64,000 bases of DNA from assembly GCF_006345805.1 (NCBI RefSeq), contig NC_043018.1:21390001-21454000 (forward strand). Direction: 5' to 3'. Positions 51,538-63,050 of the stretch are shown piece by piece. The notes beneath the pieces were generated by a model. The model saw only the letters and a list, made by a program, of their open reading frames with translations. It did not search any database and had not been told where the DNA came from. The translations under genes were made by a program, and so were the position numbers. Within the stretch, counting starts at the first letter, position 1. Every line of letters starts with the position of its first letter. This DNA is from Octopus sinensis. Its lineage: Eukaryota.

Positions 51538-52040
51538 AAGAATCGACATCTTGTTTTTTTCTCATCCATTTCGTTTATCATATTTTCCTTTCCTTCTTCC
51601 TACTTTGATGAAGAAATAGTGTTCGAAACATTGACTGTTCTGTTGGTACATTGACTTTTTTAATTTGTTCCCTGCTTTTCTCGTATAAATTTGCTATGGT
51701 GCGTTTTTGATACTGTCTCGCCTTGATACAATATAATTATCTATATACTAATTAGAAAACTGTAGCAGATTCAATCAGGAAATCCGCTAGATATTTATTT
51801 TATGTACTACTATATTGTTTTTATTAAACCTCTAGATTCTACTTGATCTACAAATAAATAATTACTGTAATCTATAACGATCGTCTAGTAATTTGTTTCC
51901 TGCTAATTAAAATTTTTAACTGTTTGCGTTGCAGATCTTCACTCTGTTACTGTAAAAACTAATTGCTATTGTTGTGACTTAACCTCTTAAGTTAACCATG
52001 GTAGAGCTGACCACTGATGAATGCCTTTCCAGCAGAGGCT

Positions 52041-52480
52041 ACCCTTCATTATTCAGACATTTTTCGGCTGCCATGTGAGACTTGAGGAGGATCTGCCTGC
52101 TATGTTTAGCATGTTGAATGAACACTACTAACGAGCACTCGACTTCTGTAGCCTTTTTATTGTTACAATCATAACATTGTAACAATGGCCACTCTCCATT
52201 ATTCAGACATTTTTCGGCTGCCATGTGAGACTTGAGGAGGATCTGCCTGCTATGTTTAGCATGTTGAATGGACACTACTAACGAGCACTCGACTTCTGTA
52301 GCCTTTTTATTGTTACAATCATAACATTGTAACAATGGCCACCCTTCATTATTCAGACATTTTCCGGCTGCCATGTGAGACTTGAGGAGGATCTGCCTGC
52401 TATGTTTAGCATGTTGAATGGACACTACTAACGAGCACTCGACTTCTGTAGCCTTTTTATTGTTACAATCATAACATAAG
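52041..52480. repeat. 150-bp minisatellite, about 3 copies
   Basis: Units start at 52041, 52191 and 52341. Confidence 0.93.
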
Positions 52481-52629
52481 AGATGCCATGCGACAGCACA
52501 CATGCATTGCAGTAAAGTTTTCTGTCATATTATTGAGATGTTTTTGTAGTTATCAATTACCTGCCTTTGCATTTTATCGTTGTAAACGTGGTTTACAATT
52601 TTATATCGAGAATATTATTCCTCAATAAC

Positions 52630-53141
52630 TTTCCTACTTCTAAGTATTGTCTTCGATTTCACCACTAATTTTCATGCATGTCTAGAAAATAATTTCTAAA
52701 GCATCAAATATCGATACAAGTAAATTATCTCAAACACTGTTTATCGTGGTCAGGAGTCCAACAGATTTATCAGAAATAATTTAAGAGTCTCATATATAAA
52801 TTTCCGATCTTAGAGGGTAGTCTATATTAAAAGGATAACCTACTGTGCATATTTGCAACACAAGAGAGATCCAGCAATGTTAAGTGCGCATATGACTTTT
52901 TTTATGGTATCTGATTACCTACAACTGCTGAAGACAGTCTTCATAGACTAAACTTTCTTGAAAAACACTGGATGTTTACAAGGAGTGGCTGTGTGGTAAG
53001 TAGCTTTCTTACCAACCACATTGATCCGGATTCATTCCCACTGCTTGCCACTCTGGGCAAGCGTCTTCTACTATAGCCTCGGGCCGACCAAAGTTTTGTG
53101 AGTTGATTTGGTAGACGGAAACTGAAAGAAGCCCGTCGTAC

Positions 53142-53199
<58 letters not shown>

Positions 53200-55302
53200 T
53201 TATGTGTTTGTGTTTGTCCCCCAGCATCGCTTGGCAAACGATGGTGGTGTGTTTACGTCCACGTAATTTAGCGGTTCGGCAAAAGAGGCCGATAGAATAA
53301 GTACTGGGCTTACAAAGGATAAGTCCTGGGGTCGATTTGCTCGACTAAAGGCGGTGCTCCAACATGGCCACATTAAAATGACTGAAACAAGTAAAAGAGT
53401 AAAAGAGTAAGTCACTCTACTACCATTTAAGGAAACAGATATAAGTCATTAAATTAGGTGTCTAATTATTTACCTTATTAAGAAACATTTTCTTAGAATT
53501 TCTAATTTCTCTTTGTGTCAAATGTACAAATCTTTAACGAAGTAGTTTTTCATTTCAATAAAGCGTCGCCAGAAAAGGCTTTAAAGACACAAGTAACTCT
53601 ATGGAACCTAACATGCAGCAATCAACTACAAACATTCTTAACTATCAAAACAGTAACAAAACTAGATCAAGTGATATAACGTAGTTTACCCCCACCCCCA
53701 CCCCATTATGCTTAGCTATTTTTAACATCCACATTAGAATTCATTCTCACCCTAAGCAGTTGCTTAAACAAAAATTTAAACAAAAACACATGAAATTTAT
53801 CCTAGTATCCACTCCATCTTATTTTGTGCCAAACCAGAGAACATACTGCCCCAAATGCTCAACTTTACCAACGATAGTAACACACACAAAAAAAAGAAAT
53901 TTGAACTACATGAACCACAGTAACTGCTCTTTGGACGACAAATGCATACTTAATGACAGAATAATAATACATTGTTACCATTTATAACTGAACAGGAATA
54001 TGCGGGGTTTAACGGCTACACATTTTAAACTAAGCTGTAACAAACACTCTCATACATTTAGAAATCGGGTTACAAACAAATGGACCATCAATCTCGAAAT
54101 TTATTCGCGTGTTAAATGGAATACTAACCTCACACGCGAATGGAATATTATTTTTGAAGTTAAATCACTGAATCTTGTAATTCGTACCCTAGAAAAAACG
54201 TTAGTAAGCCTAGTAGTAATTTACTGAATAAGCATAATGAAACAAAATTCCCCTCTTCGAAAACTTAGGGCCTCGGATCACATAAAGGCTTTTCTGGCCG
54301 CATCAAGAACGAAAAGTGACTACCGAAAGAGGACCTCTACTACGGCTAAGAATATCAAACAAACAACACCGACAAGAGAACAACAAATACAACACCACCA
54401 GCAGAACATTAACAACAACAACAACAACTCAAACAGCGGTAAAAGACAGCAACGTCACCAACAGCATCGTGCAACAGCAGCAGCAGTGGCTACTGTGACA
54501 GATGTAAAGTGGCCCCTAAAATAACAGCAGCAATAAAATCAGGAATGGAAATAACATTAACAAAAACAATAATAGAAACAACACCCTAAAAGTCTCTTAC
54601 ATCATCAACGTTAGGGGACAACAACAAAGAAATCACAAAGCAACAAAAATACAATGGAAAACCGCAAAAGTTCTCACAAGGTACAGGTGTAAATTCGGCG
54701 CTAATTTTCGCTTACACTAACGGCCAGAACATTGCCTGTTACACACGGTCATAGACACAATCATAAGAAATTAATGTACCACATCTAACACCCCACGAAC
54801 TTCTAAGTATTTCCTACTTCTAAGTATTGTCTTCGATTTCACCACTAATTTTCATGCATGTCTAGAAAATAATTTCTAAAGCATCAAATATCGATACAAG
54901 TAAATTATCTCAAGCACTGTTTATCGTGGTCAGGAGTTCAACAGATTTATCAGAAATAATTTAAGAGTCTCATATATAAATTTCCGATCTTAGAGGGTAG
55001 TCTATATTAAAAGGATAACCTACTGTGCATATTTGCAACACAAGAGAGATCCAGCAATGTTAAGTGCGCATACGACATTTTTAATGTTATCTGATTATCT
55101 GCAACTACTGAAGACAGTCTTCATAAACTAAACTTTCTTGAAAAATACTGCATGTTTACAAGGAGTGGCTGTGTGGTAAGTAGCTTTCTTACCAACCACA
55201 TGGTTCTGGATTCATTCCCACTGCGTGCCACTCTGGGCAAGCGTCTTCTACTATAGCCTCGGGCCGACCAAAGTTTTGTGAGTTGATTTGGTAGACGGAA
55301 AC
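52630..55302. repeat. ~490-bp direct duplication (52630-53123 and 54810-55302)
   Basis: Near-identical blocks offset by 2180 bp; each includes an F1 SINE head. Confidence 0.9.
53560..54250 (+). mobile_element. Degenerate Penelope-like GIY-YIG region
   Basis: NCSLDDKC...GLTATHFK..CNKHSHTFRN...W.II motif order; many stops. Confidence 0.5.
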
Positions 55303-55849
55303 TCGATGGCTATATCTCATTAACAAATAGCTTTCTTATAGAAATCATGGAGCAAGATATAAGCGACACCCTTTTAAAAATCAAGTATAATCCTGGTGGA
55401 ATAAAAGATTTAGAAGGAATATTAACTAAGATTTACTTGTAGAAACACAGATAGCCACGAGAACAAAACACCTGTCTTTCCACGGAAATAAGGTCGATGG
55501 GCCTCTTTACTCTTTACTCTTATACTTGTTTCAGTCATTTTGACTGCGGCCATGCTGGAGCACCGCCTTTAATCGAGCAACTCGACCCCGGGACTTATTC
55601 TTTTGTAAGCCCAGTACTTATTCTATCGGTCTCTTTTGCCGAACCGCTAAGTAACGGGGACATAAACACACCAGCATCGGTTGTCAAGCAATGCTAAGGG
55701 GACAAACACAGACACACACGCATATATATATATATATATATACATATATACGACGGGCTTCTTTTCAGTTTCCGTCTACCAAATCCACTCACAAGGCTTT
55801 GGTCGGCCCGAGGCTATAGTAGAAGACACTTGCCCAAGGTGCCTGTTCA

Positions 55850-57115
55850 CTTTCCTTATCCAAAATGGCCCTACTCATTAGACAGAGTGAATGCACATGG
55901 CTCTAAAAGGCTTTGGTAGCAGTCCCATCTGCTCAACATCTTCAGGTCTGTAGATATAGATGTAGTGGCCTTCCATGAGACCGCAATTTTTGAGGCACAA
56001 GTTTTCATGCGAACATCGCAGCGACGAACGGAATTTAGAAGCTCGGTCATTGTCATTTTCAGAAAGGTTTTCAGACAGGTATCGCGATAAGTTAGTGGAA
56101 GCAGACATAAGCAGATGCGAATACCATACATTCAGACTAGTAAGCAATTTCGCTAGGGATGGGGTGGCTACATTTCATGGAGCATCTGCAGGTCTTCTAA
56201 AGATATCTGTCTTTTTAATCCTAGTGTGTCATTGAAACGCCATTTTGGATGCATACATGAACTGCGTGAGTTAATCGGATAGGAGGATGCAAAAGCTTCA
56301 CAAATCTTTTCAGACGTTTCCAACTTTCTGACTGGTATCCACTGGATTTCAGGTAAGGTCACTGCACTGTACAGTGATATTTGCTCAGTGGTCAGAGTAA
56401 ATAGCCTCCCATCAGAACTGTTCGGTGTCATGTTCTTGGTTAGAGAAGATCGTTTCCAATCATCTCGTCTGTATTCACTGACTCTTGGGTCACTCAGGCA
56501 GACCCAGAGATTTTGAGAGACATCATAGAATGTGCTGTATCTCAGTCGGCATATGTAGACAGCATCACCATAATGGTGTTGGAAACCAAGAATATCGATG
56601 TGATTAGCACCTCTTTCTTTACTACCCATAAGGGGCTAAACACAGAGGGGACAAACAAGGACAGACACACGGATTAAGTCGATTACATCGACCCCAGTGC
56701 GTAACTGGTACTTTATTTAATCGACCCCGAAAGGATGAAAGGCAAAGTCGACCTCGGCGGAATTTGAACTCAGAACGTAACGGCAGACGAAATATGGCTA
56801 CGCATTTCGCCCGGCGTGCTAACGTTTCTACCAGCTCGCCGATGTGATTAGCACCGCTACAAAGACATACGAGGCGGTGACAGGAACCACAATTGACCGG
56901 ATGTCGGTAGGTCTGCAGTTCGGCACCTGCAAATTAGATCCATGCCGTCCAGCTGCGTCGTGGAGCGCTGAAAGATCTTCAAGTAATCAAGAACTGAGAT
57001 GAGGTGGTGAGCAGTATGGTCCGTCACATCCAGAAACAGACCAAGTGGTAATTAATCCTGAAATATCTATTACCGCCTGACCAGTGTACCTGGTTCCACA
57101 AATTTAGTGAAGGAC
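55850..57115 (+). pseudogene. L1/Tx1-clade ORF2 APE endonuclease remnant, interrupted by a SINE
   Basis: RVNAHG...HLLNIFRSVDIDVVAFHET (DIxxxQET-like), GVATF, *NAILDAYM..DRR (GDFN-like). Confidence 0.6.
56612..56840 (-). mobile_element. F2 SINE inserted into the Tx1 remnant, 15-bp TSD
   Basis: GATGTGATTAGCACC at 56597-56611 and 56841-56855. Confidence 0.9.
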
Positions 57116-57165
57116 GATATATAATCGACATTCTTTTTGAACTGTTTTTAAAGACTTGTGCTGTT

Positions 57166-57575
57166 TAGGCGCAGGAGTGGCTGTGTGGTAAGTAGCTTGT
57201 TTACCAACCACATGGTTCCGGGTTCAGTCCCACTGCGTGGCACCTTGGGCAAGTGTCTTCTACTATAGCCTCGGGCTGACCAAAGCCTTGTGAGTGGATT
57301 TGGTAGACGGAAACTGAAAGAAGCCCGTCGTATATATGTATATATATATAGGTGTGTGTGTTTGTATGTCTGTGTTTGTCCCCCTAGCATTGCTTGACAA
57401 CCGATGCTGGCGTGTTTATGTCCCCGTTACTTAGCGGTTCGGCAAAATAGACCGATAGAATAAGTACAGGGCTTACAAAAGAATAAGTGCCGGTGTCGAG
57501 TTGCTCGATTAAAGGTGGTGCTCCAGCATGGCCGCAGTCAAATGACTGAAACAAGTAAAAGAGTAAAAGAGTAAG
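57166..57575 (+). mobile_element. tRNA-derived SINE family F1, full-length example
   Basis: Head GGCGCAGGAGTGGCTGTGTGGTAAG...GGTTCAGTCCC (A/B-box-like), internal (TA)n(TG)n, tail GTAAAAGA repeats. Other copies at about 3570-3712, 14507-15054, 18310-18725, 22965-23290, 26825-27272, 29040-29473, 37585-37981, 43290-43681, 47000-47350, 52975-53410, 55150-55843, 57660-57890, 58140-58280. Confidence 0.85.
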
Positions 57576-58524
57576 AGTTATTTACTTTTATTTGCCTTTG
57601 AAGAATTTTTTTTATTTGATTTTAAACATTTAGTTTAATTACCTTGCAATTCTTTTATTCTTTTACTTGTTTCAGTCATTTGACTGCGGCCATGTTGGAG
57701 CACTACCTTTAGTCGAACAAATCGACCCCAGGACTTATTCTTTGTAAGCCTAGTACTTATTCTGTCACACACTTTTGCCGAACCGCTAAGTTACGAGAAC
57801 CTAAACACACCAACATCGGTTGTCAAGTGATGGTGTGGGAACAAGCAGAGACACACACACAAATACACACACACACACATATATATATATACGAGATTAA
57901 GGCGGTGAGCTGGCAGAAACGTTAGCACGCTGGGCGAAATGCGTAGCCGTATTTCGTCTGCCGCTACGTTCTGAGTTCAAATTCCGCCAGGGTCGACTTT
58001 GTCTTTCATCCTTTCGGGGTCGATAAATTAAGTACCAGTTACGCACTGGGTTCGATGTAATCGACTTAATTCGTTTGTCTGTCCTTGTTTTCCCCTTCTG
58101 TGTGTAGCCCCTTGTGGGTAGTAAAGAAACATATATATATACGAGAGGCTTCTTTCAGTTTCCGTCTACCTAATCTACTCACAAGGCTTTGGTCGGCCCA
58201 AGGCTATAGCAGAAGACACTTGCCCAAGGTGCCACGCAGTGGGACTGAACCCAGAATGACGTGGTTCGGAAGCAAGCATCTATCAAATTATATGTACTTC
58301 TGACATCAGGATCACCCATTTCGTAACTAATGTGGTGGTACTTACTTATTCGTTCAAACACACACGCTCACATATGCATGCACGCACACATCCACACATA
58401 TAGCTTGGCTTTCGCTGTGTTAGTTAGTCCGACCTTTCTAGAATAGATGACTAAATTTATCTAAATTGGGTTTAGGTATATTAGGGCTGCTTTTATATTT
58501 GCCAGCTGTGTCAACTAACATATA

Positions 58525-58948
58525 CAGCGTGTTCAAAAAGTCTCTCCGCAGTAAGTATTTTATTGCAAAATAAATGTTTATTAGATGGCATAAGGCTACA
58601 AAAGAATATATTAGACTTTATGAGACTTTAAAAAAAAACTTTATAAGAGGTGTTGAAAGTGTCGTCCTTCAAAAGTCTGGTGGTGTTAAATCAGGTGATC
58701 TTGGTGGTCAAAGTCTCTTCGAGATAATCCGTTCGCTGAAAAATTCACTGCGGAGAGACTTTTTGAATACCCTGAATAAATATATGTATTTTATGAGACT
58801 TTAAAAAAAAAACTTTATAAGAGGTGTTGACAGTGTCGTCCTTCAAAAGTCTGGCGGTGTTAAATCAGGTGATCTTGGTGGTCAAAGTCTCTTCGAGATA
58901 ATCCGTTCGCCGAAAAATTCACTGCGCAGAGACTTTTTGAACACCTTG
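58525..58948. mobile_element. Tc1/mariner-derived MITE with duplicated right half
   Basis: TIR CAGCGTGTTCAAAAAGTCTCTCCGCAGT after TA; inverted copies end at 58774 and 58948; minus-strand PPRSPDLTPPDF transposase motif. Confidence 0.8.
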
Positions 58949-59166
58949 AATAAATATATGTATTGATATATATTTCTCTTTGCTTCGAAATGAAGAGTGA
59001 ACGTCAAAGGCATGGCTATGTTTGAGCAATTTACAGCTACCAATAACAATAAAAATGAAACAGCTTGCTATAGTAATTCTAACTTTTATTTTCATCTTTA
59101 CACAATCAAATTTGTAATAAATTATACTGTTTCAGTCAGAAATACTTGCCGGCTTTTTTTCCCCCC

Positions 59167-59940
59167 GATATTGCGTTCAGGGTTCAAATGCTACAGGGAT
59201 CGACTTTGCCTTTCATTTTTTCGAGGCCGATAAAACAAGTACGAGTTGGGTGTTGGTTTGTGTATGTCACTTTTACTATGTATTTCATTTAACATCACAA
59301 CCGCTCTCTTCTAAGGATTCGGATACTGCGTTCAGGGTTCTAATGCTACAGGGATCGACTTTGCCTTTCATTTTTTCGAGGCCGATAAAACAAGTACGAG
59401 TTGGGTGTTGGTTTGTGTATGTCACTTTTACTATGTATTCCATTTAACATCACAACCGCTCTCTTCTAAGGATTCGGATACTGCGTTCAGGGTTCTAATG
59501 CTACAGGGATCGACTTTGCCTTTCATTTTTTCGAGGCCGATAAAACAAGTACGAGTTGGGTGTTGGTTTGTGTATGTCACTTTTACTATGTATTTCATTT
59601 AACATCACAACCGCTCTCTTCTAAGGATTCGGATACTGCGTTCAGGGTTCTAATGCTACAGGGATCGACTTTGCCTTTCATTTTTTCGAGGCCGATAAAA
59701 CAAGTACGAGTTGGGTGTTGGTTTGTGTATGTCACTTTTACTATGTATTCCATTTAACATCACAACCGCTCTCTTCTAAGGATTCGGATACTGCGTTCAG
59801 GGTTCTAATGCTACAGGGATCGACTTTGCCTTTCATTTTTTCGAGGCCGATAAAATAAGTACGAGTTGGGTGTTGGTTTGTGTATGTCACTTTTACTATG
59901 TATTTCATTTAACATCACAACCGCTCTCTTCTAAGGATTC
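59167..59940. repeat. 155-bp satellite, 5 copies, derived from the F2 SINE
   Basis: Unit contains TCGACTTTGCCTTTCAT...CGATAAAA.AAGTAC as in the F2 body; period 155 (59250, 59405, 59560, ...). Confidence 0.92.
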
Positions 59941-60103
59941 GTTTTAGAATGGTTCTGTTGGTTGAACAAACACAAACGCTCCAAGTGCAAATTCTTGCCT
60001 GAATAAGATGTATTTGTGTTTTATCTTCTACCCTAATCGGTTTCTCGACTATACACACCTATCATTTGTACATAATATATATTTTCATATTGTACATAAT
60101 ATA

Positions 60104-60476
60104 TAGAGTGGTTGTATACTGTCGATCGCGTTTGGCGATACGCTAGATCATTTTATCGAACATGGTTGGCGAACCGCTAAGTCATTTTATCGACCTCGTA
60201 ATTACACCACCGCTGCTTAGCCCTAGGAAGCATCGACGCTTCCTGTCGGCCTCGACACATTTCCTGTGTCCTTATATATTTACGAAGGGGAGACAAATAC
60301 CCCCAACCGCTAGATGCAGGACTAGCGGTTGGGGGTATTTGTCTCCCCTTCGTAAATATACAAGGACACAGGAAATGTATCGAAGCCGACAGGAAGCGTC
60401 GATGCTTCCTAGGGCTAAACAACGGTGTTGTAATTCCCTTACTGTCACGTTAAGTTGACAGTATACAACCACACTA
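60104..60476. mobile_element. Foldback/MITE-like palindromic element
   Basis: Outer 20-bp inverted repeat (60104-60123 and 60457-60476); inner ~110-bp imperfect arms (60203-60313 and 60322-60435) around an 8-nt loop. Confidence 0.75.
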
Positions 60477-60539
60477 TCGCCCCACCACCGTACATATCTC
60501 TATGAGATATTTAGAAACATAATATATATTTCAGCAGAA

Positions 60540-60840
60540 AAAAAACAGATGGCGAAAAAACATGTAGTGACGCTATACAACAGTGCGCGCGCGCGCAACG
60601 TCATCTTCAGTTCGCGTGTGTGGGGTTGGAGCCTTCTGGAAAGGCAGAAGGGAAGTGCCCTCTCGCGCATGCGCGAAGACCGGAAGAAGGAATTGCTGAT
60701 GTGGCATTAGCTGATTAGGCGAGGGAGCGTTAACCTTAACCAAAGGGTACGGAGACACGTAGCAGTCAGCAGAACGCTTTCGATACCAAATTGTTGCAGA
60801 CCGTATTTTCTTCGCTCTCTAAGGACGCCATATTTGACCA
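60540..60840. promoter_or_regulatory. CpG-rich promoter-like segment
   Basis: NRF1-type GCGCATGCGC (60665-60674), ETS-type CCGGAAG (60680-60686), YY1-type AGATGGCG (60547-60554) and CGCCATATTT (60826-60835), CRE half sites; GC/CpG-rich against an AT-rich background. Confidence 0.6.
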
Positions 60841-61782
60841 GCTCTGTTTTGCTGCTGAACTTGTAAGATTCTTACAAGCGTTAAAGTTCAGCCTTGCCAC
60901 ATCCAGACCCAAGTGGAACCAAATATACCACCTTATTTCTTACTGTTATAAGAAAAAAAAAAGAGTATATATTTTTACTGTTGCGTTTGTGTTCTTTGAC
61001 TGGTAGAATCTGGAAATTAAAGGAACGGAAATTGTGAATGCACCCGAGTTGCACCCCAAAAGTGCAAGAAGCAACAAATTCCCGTTACAAACATAACATT
61101 TAGTTTACTCAGCATTGGAATAAGAAATATTATTTTTATTTTATTGAGGTCTACTAACTCGTAGACATGAATAAAGTTAGAATCTCAAGGCATGGATGTT
61201 TGTTCTTTTCCAACTAGTTTGAAGATAGCATAACTAGAATATTACCAGATGGATTTCATCATATCTTGGGAAGTATTCAAAATTTGGAAAATATAAAAAA
61301 ACATCTTAATTGTAAAAAATATGGAGGTTACAGAGGAAAACTAACTTCATATTTTAGTTCAGCTTACTCAAATTACATTATTCCAATTATGGTTACAGAG
61401 AAAAACTAACTTCATATTTGAGTTGAGCTTACTCAAATTAAATTATTCCAATTATTGGTATCACTGCAACAAATATTATGTTGGCCAGTGTAATCTGTAA
61501 CCTAACGTCTTGAGGAAATCTGTAAAGTAACTTCTTGACACACATAAGTTGCTCTGACGTGTGTGAAGAACTAAAACGGACTCTTATACGCGATATATGG
61601 AAAACCCCACATTATTTTAAACAACTAAGGAGCCTATTTTTACAGGAGATCAATTTATTTATAGGAGTGTATACTATATGAAGCTAGGTACACAATATAA
61701 GATGGCCATAAATAAAATGACATGGATCAAATGTCTGCTGAATTAGGAATGACCTGGACTTTGCACCGATTTTTAGTAATTA

Positions 61783-62179
61783 ACTAGCAGTATCGCCCGG
61801 CGTTGCTCGGGTTTGTAAGGGAAATAACTATAAAGCATTTTTAGAGAGTTATAGCCAAAAAACAGCAAAAAATGCATTAAAAATGGAAAAAAATTATGGT
61901 AAATTTTTTTTTAAATCGTTGACTCATCGTAGACATTTTTAGAGAGTTACTTCCCTTTATTTAAAAAATATGCTTTAAAATGGAAAAAAATTATGGCAAA
62001 TTATTTTAAAAATCGTAGACTCATCGTAGACGCGCGCTAATACCCAGAAGGGCTTGATATGAATAACGACTATAAGATACCCGAATTTGGTTAAACTGCA
62101 CCGCAAAATGTGGGAGTAGTTAGGAATCTAATTCGTAGGAGACGGATACTCACACAACTTCACTTTTATATATATAGAT
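61783..62179 (+). mobile_element. Helitron-like element copy
   Basis: Same termini and body as 15622-16025. Confidence 0.7.
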
Positions 62180-62648
62180 ATACATTGGCATTTAAAAAAA
62201 CACCATATAAAGATTATCGTGTTTTTATTCCATATTTTGACGCCTGAAGTGATGGATATTGGCGTGACTGAAGACATAAATTTGATATTGTTCGAAATGA
62301 CTTTTTTCTTATTACTAATTCACACATTTGTACGAACAACATGAATTGCATCGCATAAATTATATAGTTGATACACACACACACACACAGATGTGCGCGT
62401 GTGTAAACAAGAGAGAAAGCGGTAAGGAGAACAAGCCGAGAAACAAAGAGAACGAGAGAAGAAAACGAAAGCTGGAGTAAACAAGTGTTGAAGGAGTTCT
62501 CTTGATTACTAACACTATATCATCATCAACCAGTTTGGACTTTGCGCAAGAGAAAGTCTACTGAGCTTTTTATATAAATACCGTTCGAATCTGATAAGTA
62601 TGTAACATTTAAATTATTCATTGTAGCTGTATGTGAATAAGTAATAGC

Positions 62649-63050
62649 AATCATCATCATCATTGTTCGACCGTGGTCGAGACAATGGAATTTGCCATGC
62701 TACGCCAGACTTCACGGTCCATCATGGCATTACGGAGGTCCTGTTGCTGGACGCCTGTATCTCTGGAGATTACATGAGGGTAGGAGAGTGTGCGCCCTCT
62801 GGTATTGCGAGTAGATGGCTTCCAGAGGAGAAGAGTAGAAATTACTTCTTTTTCAGCTCTACAACAATGTCCAGCAAACTGGACTCTCCTACATGCCTGT
62901 ATCCCTGGAGATTACATCAGGGTAGGAGAGTGTGCACCCTCTGGTATTGCGAGTAGATGGCTTCCAGAGGAGAAGAGTAGAAATTACTTCTTTTTCAGCT
63001 CTACAACAATGTCCAGCAAACTGGACTCTCCTACCTTTCACAAGGTAGGA
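62649..63050 (-). mobile_element. RTE-type LINE 3' end with internal ~136-bp duplication and (TGA)n tail
   Basis: RRVQFAGHCCRAEKEVISTLLLWKPS...TLSYPDVISRDTG; 62755-62890 repeated at 62894-63034. Confidence 0.75.

Noticed and set aside
52039-52503. Cys/His-rich repeat ORF as a possible zinc-finger array
   Set aside because: Spacing does not fit C2H2; it is the open frame of a 150-bp minisatellite.
56168-57110. Minus-strand ORF with an apparent TM helix, first read as a receptor-like (TLR) pseudogene
   Set aside because: The plus strand carries APE endonuclease motifs (DIDVVAFHET, NAILD), so this is the antisense of a LINE; the ORF start lies within a SINE.
38214-59940. Regular repeats as possible CRISPR arrays
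   Set aside because: Eukaryotic context, no unique spacers and no cas genes; these are plain tandem repeats.
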